From NCBI GenBank assembly GCA_965221695.1, contig OZ244905.1:992001-1056000 (forward strand): DNA of 64,000 nt. The letters are read 5' to 3'. This DNA is from Gammaproteobacteria bacterium. Lineage in GTDB: Bacteria > Pseudomonadota > Gammaproteobacteria > Eutrophobiales > Eutrophobiaceae. Both the position numbers and the translations under genes were made by a program. A model generated the notes under the pieces. It was given only the letters and a program-made list of their open reading frames with translations. It had not been told where the DNA came from and did not search any database. Below are positions 63,101-64,000 of the stretch, in pieces (the first letter of the stretch is position 1; the number at the start of each line of letters is the position of its first letter).

Positions 63101-64000
63101 GCACCTGCACCTTGTCCAGCACGCTGGCGTTCGTCGGCAGATCCCAACTCAGGCTCACCGAGCGGTCGCCCGCAGTGGCCGTCAGGTTGTCCGGGGCATC
63201 CGGAACCGCCACTTGGGGCGTCGCCTTGATCGCGTCCGAGGCGTAGCCCGGAAGGCTGCCGGCCACGGCGCGGATCTGGAAGGTGTACTCGGTGCCGTTG
63301 GTCAGGCCGGTCACCGTATGGGTGATGGTGGTGGCGCCGCTGCCGGGTATGTCATCCCACAGGTCAAAGCCCACGTTTTCAAAGTCGAATATCTGGTACT
63401 TGGTGATGCTATCGTCCCTGGGATCTTCCCAGATCAGGGTGACTTCCGTGTCGCCGGCTATGGCGGTAAAGTTTCTGGGCTTGGCAGGCCGCTCCGGCGG
63501 TTCCGTGATGGTGATATTGAACGTGAGGCTCGCCGTGTCGCCGTCGGCGTCGGTGGCGGTGTAGGTGTACTGCGTCGCATCCTGGACCGCGCTCGGCGTA
63601 CCGGTGAGGGTGCGGTTGGTGGCGTCGAAATTCAGGCCCGCGGGGGCGGCCGGGGTCAAGCTGTAGGTCAAGGTGCCGTTGCCGCCGGTGGCTTCGGGCA
63701 GGGTCAGCGTAGCGATGGCCGTGTTCCGGATGTAGTTCTGGTCGTCGATAGTCTCGGTGCCGAAGCTGGGCGTGGTGTCGACCCGCGGCGTCGCGGTGAC
63801 GGTGTCCGAGGCGTCGCTGTTGCCGCCGTTGTTCACCGCCCGGATCTGGAACGCGTATTGCTGGCCGTTGATGAGGTCCGTCACCTTGTGGCTGGTGGTG
63901 CCGGCGCCGCTGCCGGTGATGTCGGCCCAGGCGGTGCTGCCGGGCACGCTTGCGCCTTGCGCCTGGCGGAGCTGGTACTTGGTGATGCTGGAATCGTTCG
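45129..64000 (-). CDS. Giant autotransporter surface protein with Fn3, cadherin-like/He_PIG and Ig repeats (5' end outside window)
   Basis: Frame open to the window edge (NDSSITKYQLRQAQGASVPG); roughly 28 Fn3 modules, about 10-12 He_PIG/dystroglycan-cadherin-like modules (LPEATGG..LTGTP..TDADGD) and about 7 VF.DPD.D.L Ig modules by eye; C-terminal barrel from LWGEGSY to WLNLEWGYR. Confidence 0.93.
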   Translation of the reverse strand, partial: NDSSITKYQLRQAQGASVPGSTAWADITGSGAGTTSHKVTDLINGQQYAFQIRAVNNGGNSDASDTVTATPRVDTTPSFGTETIDDQNYIRNTAIATLTLPEATGGNGTLTYSLTPAAPAGLNFDATNRTLTGTPSAVQDATQYTYTATDADGDTASLTFNITITEPPERPAKPRNFTAIAGDTEVTLIWEDPRDDSITKYQIFDFENVGFDLWDDIPGSGATTITHTVTGLTNGTEYTFQIRAVAGSLPGYASDAIKATPQVAVPDAPDNLTATAGDRSVSLSWDLPTNASVLDKVQVRHQARGETTWAPWTDLAADATTHTETGLDNGVTYEFEVRATNTAGSSDSVAVDAQPKLAVPDAPGNLTAAAGDGSVALTWDLPTNTSEIDKMQVAYRESGAANYLPWVDLAKDATSYDVTGLTNGTEYNFIVRALNGAGRGAEAKVDATPEAGPGKVPSAPADLAATAGDTKVTLAWTQSRDNSITRYQFRYAEGASVPGTESWTDIAGSNAGTTGHTVTGLANDTLHAFEIRAVNADGAGAASAVTATPKLAVPDAPGNLTAAPGDGKVGLTWDLPTNTSEIDRMQVAYKVKSAANFQPWVDLAKDATSHEVTGLTNGAEYTFIVRALNGAGRGAVAEVDATPVAVPSAPTGLAAAPGDTQVVLTWTLPANAGALTKVQVRYKADTAKDWQAWVDLAANATTYTVTGLTNGDLYNFEVRAENASGAGASAAISATPTTAPGAPTKLSTVSGDTEVVVLWTLPTNTNQIDRVELRYKVKTAPDTGWSEWRSLAGTAERERVTGLTNGTDYLFEVRAVNTVGTGPSASVEGTPELAKPSSPSNLQASAGDTQVTLTWDLPDKGTVDSIDVRHKKKTDTAWSQWTLLAKDATTRTVTGLDNGVSYEFEVRATNAAGSSDSVDTTAQPKLAVPDTPTNLTATAGNAQVTLNWTLPTNASVIGAVQVRWKATADLPFNDATDAWTDLAGTATTYTATSLTNGTGYTFAVRATNTAGNGEAATAAATPMAPTPARTLTLTFSDDGSTVTVAASGSLDVSGFSDRGDTTRQRIGGAGTLILINDEFEKWQVSVPFEDPTPLREYRSLPAFVTTGLSSYSGYSALEFLNNYSTEFNIRLNSYYKLLFIDKANLTGNIYDPTGDKATFSGTLLTTLNDNDFHIENAIGNQKVIFKTATPATVPVAPIGLTATPGSTQVDLAWTNPNDSNITKYQVRYGAGSTVPATATWADISDSGAGTTTHTVTGLTNATEYAFEIRAVNARGNSDASATVTATPRVDTTPSFGTETIDDQNYIRNTAIATLTLPEATGGNGTLTYSLTPAAPAGLNFDATNRTLTGTPSAVQDATAYTYTVTDADGDTASFKFNITVTEAAGPPAKPRNLVAIAGDTKVTLIWEDPRDDSIFKYQVLYQYGFDPWEDIPGSGATTTSHTVENLVNGTEYTFQIRAVAGTPKQALQGEPSDTVKATPQLAVPDAPGNLTATAGDRSVSLSWDLPTNASEIDKVQVRHQARGETTWETWTDLAADATEHTVTNLKNGQDYLFEVRAENKAGAGPAARVVGTPKLVIPDAPDNLTATAGDRSVSLSWDLPTNASVLDKVQVRHQARGETTWEPWTDLAADVTTHTVTNLNNGQDYLFEVRAESASGAGPAARTAARPELAVPGKPTEFSATAGDTEVALSWKLPTNTSEIVTVQVRWKATADLPFDDARDKWTDLPSSDATAYTATGLTNGTGYTFEVRATNKAGNGEPASGAATPRAPPLVTPGAPTKLSTVPGNTEVVVLWTLPTNTSRIDSVELRYKVKTAPDTGWSEWSSLAGTAERYRVTGLVNGTDYVFEVRAKNTAGTGPSASVEGTPELVKPSAPSNLQAAGGDTTVTLTWDLPDKGTVDTIDVRHKKRADSAWSVWTLLAKDATTHTETGLDNGVTYEFEVRATNAAGSSDSVSVAAQPKLAAPDAPGNLTAAAGDGSVALTWDLPTNTSEIDKMQVAYKVKSAANFQPWVDLAKDATSYDVTGLTNGTEYTFIVRALNGAGRGAEAKVDATPEAGPGKVPSAPADLAATAGDTKVTLTWTHARDNSITKYQVRYIEGASVPDSEPWTDIAGSNAGTTGHTVTGLANDTLHAFEIRAVNADGAGAASAVTATPKLAVPDAPGNLTAAPGDGKVGLTWDLPTNTSEIDRMQVAYKVKSATNFQPWVDLAKDATSHEVTGLTNGAEYTFIVRALNGAGRGAVAEVDATPVAVPTAPTGLAAAPGDTQVVLTWTLPTDSGALTKVQVRHKADTAKDWQAWVDLAANATTYTVTGLTNGELYNFEVRAENASGAGASAAISATPTTAPGAPTKLSTVSGDTEVVVLWTLPTNTNQIDRVELRYKVKTAPDTGWSEWRSLAGTAERERVTGLVNGTDYVFEVRAVNAVGTGPSASVEGTPELAKPSAPSNLQASAGDTQVTLTWDLPDKGTVDTIDVRHKKKTDTSWSQWTLLAKDATTRTVTGLDNGVSYEFEVRATNAAGSSDSVAVGAQPKLAVPNAPTNLTATAGNAQVTLNWTLPTNASVIGDVQVRWKATADLPFYDSTDTWTNLNDGTATTYTATGLTNGTGYTFEVRATNTAGNGEAATAAATPAPPPQTTTPSSDNIAVIVTKPHTKLPASRDSDNVFPFKVADTRSEALFYGVKVLSLPDTGALKTVPYGSRSTAPVRDVSINQEVSVWNIQSSRSQKVLAFFPPEGDDGFTTSFTFKVIDVIGTSSSRMESAETYTATLTFEGSVVNSKPVFSSITVAPQTFRVGETEDREFLWSNTGDDKLTYTLSPSALPAGLAYDGDGPDDAGVDPGQNSAPRFTGTPVRVTAAQTYTLTVSDSDGETGAADEDTRTFDIEVVDSEVPLTAPTNLNAELGANAGEVDLTWDAIAVASRWEVRYKQDNGSYGNWLPITDSDATTTGHTVTGLPDGASYTFAVRAVNGSGNGPAAETSIGLAGLRVTPSSLTVNEGSSGTFDVSLATEPTATVTVRLTSDDTDVTVNPTSLTFTTTNYSTAQTVTVNMAANPTDGNATITLTAGGGDYSNRTATVLVILNALPSFDGKTITDQTYTQNTAIPTLNLPEADGGNAPLTYTLTPTPPAGLAFDATARTLTGTPTTPQTATEYTYTVTDADGDTASLTFKITIAVAGAGLDVSETSLRVPGGGSDTFTVKLATAPSGPVTVAVASNESDVTVSPVILSFSTTNYATPQTVTVNMAELRRPFGGNGTVALSASGGGYNGIAASVEVASVPVLKSIERSKPTESVTNSDRVRWRVSFSERVHFNDAFKSSSYVTAFSPDLTNPPAPVVSPGALLPGCEGSRTYDVTIGDFDASTTLDDYNGTVTLTLKSDARIRSCTGVSIGDRTPTGPVEAFTLDNIAPTVTITGVSGTVTAAVDATFTFSEPVTGFEISDITLTNANSSDFAEAGSADGTTYTARITPKAVGEFSVGVEANEAQDAAGNGNTAATTVTATYQTPNNPPVVVSEIPDVDLNQGVSETVDLSTVFSDPDNDPLTFSAVSSDTDLVTASVDGNTLTYKAQLPGGAATVTVTADDGKGGTVDDVFEVTTLEPPNDPPTVDKPIADLTLTAGETRDVNVSQVFKDPDNDPLTYLATSADPSKATVSVKDAIVTVEGVAAGTSTVTVTADDGKDGKVDDEFVVTVEADDAPSFGTATIDDKLYTQGVAIAKLTLPEASGGNGALSYTLEPALPAGLAFDADSREITGTPTAVSTAASYDYRATDADGDSATLKFTIEVKANTAPSFGTATVPAQTYTRGEAITALQLPAATGGNGALTYAIAPALPNGLAFSAGKREITGTPTAVTPEATYSYSATDADGDAATLTFTIEVVAPVNQPPVVDNPIPDQTLSEGKSGTVDLSTVFSDPENDPLNFGAVSSDTAQVTVAVVDSTLTFTAVSAGAPTLTVTADDNKGGKVNDVFVVTVVANELPSFGTETIAHQRYTLNTAIATLNFPVATGGNAPLTYSLSPVAPAGLTFDADARTLTGTPTASRPATAYTYTVTDADGDTASLSFNITITDPQAPPAKPANLSATAGDTEVTLNWNDPNDASITKYQYVYREGLGIGLWEDIPGSGASTTSYTVTGLTNGTEYSFQIRAVNNGGNSDDSDTVTATPRADTTPSFGTETIADQNYTRNTAIATLNLPAATGGNAPLTYSLSPAAPAGLTFDAAARTLTGTPTAVQSETAYTYTVTDADGDTASLTFNITITLAQTTTPSSDNIAVIVTKPHTKLPASRDSDNVFPFKVADTRSEALFYGVKVLSLPATGALKTVPYGSRSTAPVRDVSINQEVSVWNIQSSRSQKVLAFFPPEGDDGFTTSFTFKVIDVIGTSSSRMESAETYTATLTFEGSVVNSKPVFSSITVAPQTFRVGETEDREFLWSNTGDGKLTYTLSPSALPAGLAYDGDGPDDAGVDPGQNSAPRFTGTPVRVTAAQTYTLTVSDSDNQTGAADEDTRTFDIEVVDSEVPLTAPTNLKAELGANAGEVDLTWDAIAVASRWEVRYKQDNGSYGNWLPITDSDATTTGHTVTGLPDGASYTFAVRAVNGSGNGPAAETSIGLAGLRVTPSSLTVNEGGSGTFDVSLATEPTATVTVRLTSDDTDVTVNPTSLTFTTTNYSTAQTVTVNMAANPTDGSATVTLTAAGGDYAGRTATVAVTANALPSFGTQTIADQTYPQGTAITTLNLPQATGGDGTLAYTLTPTPPAGLTFNATARTLTGTPTAPQAATEYTYTATDADGDTAELTFDIRITPTLTLGGVADANLAENTAYTGNATLTGTPVGNITWALTGDDANANGFTLSNQSNTGATVTLGAKDFEVPTDNDTNNIYVYTLTATDDDGNSDTVNVAITITNVDEAPAKPANLTAAPGDTEVTLTWTNPNDSTITRYQVRQAQGATIPATTAWTDIANSTATTTTHTVDNLTNGTTYAFQIRAVVGTANGPGSDTVTATPTATVTPAIQVTPTTLEVDEGGSNTFDVTLVAVPTATVTVTLTSDDGDVTVSPTPLTFTTTSYSTAQTVTVNMAANPTDGAATVTLTAAAGNYAGLTATVSVTSNALPNFDGKTITDQTYTQGTAITTLNLPEADGGDTPLTYTLSPDAPTGLTFSDTARTLTGTPTETQTATEYTYTVTDDDGDVATLTFNITIIADGMPSFGSTTIDDQNYVQNTAITMLALPRATGGDGTLTYSLSPAPPAGLMFSASARTLSGTPTGTQTATEYTYTARDEDGDTATLTFNITITADGTVEPPPPPPPPPNNAPVLLASAGDQTLLVDERRTLTIADLFNDPDRDVLSYTATADDSSVVTVDIDSTERLTLTGVALGEANVTITASDGRGGEASDTFTVTVVQQNESPVVRTPLTDQTITVDQTRQVDVSGAFTDANGDALTYTAVSADETVVTVAVAGNTLTLTGVSAGAAGVTVTADDGYGGAASDQFTVTVTLSNEAPEVATPLSDQSLDVDQAQQVELGGVFTDADGDALTYTAVSEDESVVTVALTGNTLTLTGISAGDATITVTADDGRGGTASDRFAVTVVMPNRGPTVAMPLFDRELEVDQTLQVDVSAVFTDADGDALTYSAVSDDESIVTVTLSGSDLTLTGVSVGAADITVTASDATGAEASDTFAVTVSEVPIDAPLVTDLHEDLLPQFTLSVVGRTTQVIGSRISAARSGTVQATRIFGQSPRPAPSTTPSTTRSVKPVEYGVEPGLPLLGIDALPPGGVISSDLEANTGTRSGAVLLGNEIALAQSALAQAFGSKTHAMPSVESRVDPVALGPQTGGAKTETESGPVLLGNEIAMAQSAFAQAFGNNTQALPGMESRVDPFANGARSGGRTQMRADAFDVFDTPGGWEYRRRLDMRQLLNRASFVLPLNFGADDGSESGEAGKVVTLWGEGSYTDLRSKGNNAVNWDGGLASFHLGADIEATEQLLLGAALSRTEARFDYTDRSDARRTFTGDYDISLTSLHPYADWAVSQDLSVWGSLGYGLGELDLTVDDDDFRQESDLDLYSAALGVTGRFFRSGGWQLGYKGEAMYAAMSVEDAPDVDVQRVRAVLEGRHMAATEGGQFEQFAELGVRADGGDAQSGAGVDLAGGLRYATETGWAAQLRGAGLLANSNYREWQVSGLLEKAYQADGTGLMMKLTPHYRPTRSLGSIEGGAQQLWERNIEDMVRGQRSPTSDEYRFGMETEVGYGLFIRGRLWTVYSRTSGLGERSRRFILGTEMSDVLMGGSVLRVGFEGVREESWNISPEHSFWLNLEWGYR
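49993..51256 (-). repeat. ~1.26-kb near-identical internal duplicate of 54847-56110
   Basis: Constant 4854-bp offset; peptide QTTTPSSDNIAV...NMAANPTDG occurs twice. Confidence 0.92.
56121..58246 (-). repeat. ~2.1-kb internal duplicate of 60933-63055 (about seven Fn3 modules)
   Basis: Offset 4809-4812 bp; same module order and mostly identical DNA. Confidence 0.92.

Noticed and set aside
45129-64000. Diversity-generating retroelement acting on the giant gene
   Set aside because: No reverse transcriptase or non-coding template repeat in the window; differences between copies include indels and do not look adenine-restricted.

Overview
Chromosomal window from a gammaproteobacterium; a host-associated (possibly sponge) lifestyle is only inferred from the giant Fn3/cadherin protein, the DUF1640 protein and the repeat/TA load. 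1-38.4 kb is mostly conserved housekeeping backbone (ispB 3' end, tRNA-Pro, dacB, thiL-nusB, ribD-nrdR-glyA, mfd, lapA-ihfB-rpsA-cmk-aroA-tyrA-hisC-pheA-serC-gyrA, rnt-pyrC, purB-purL, msrPQ). It carries several small repeat families: an IS5-end-like MITE, two REP-like palindrome families and a 110-bp palindrome. Repeat-like sequence also sits in frame inside PurL and NusB. 38.6-45 kb is accessory: an acetylene-hydratase-family Mo/W enzyme paired with an FAD monooxygenase, then three toxin-antitoxin loci in which one toxin has a nonsense codon, one is internally deleted, and a GNAT toxin appears fused to the tail of an older antitoxin. 45.1-64 kb is one 5'-truncated ORF (>6,280 aa), a giant autotransporter built from Fn3, cadherin-like and Ig modules, with kb-scale near-identical duplications, alternative domains after the same scaffold, and loop-focused variation. 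The best candidates for something undescribed are this modular surface protein, the repeat expansion inside PurL, the nested TA locus and the Mo-enzyme/monooxygenase pair. All family assignments come from motif recognition by eye; no searches were run.
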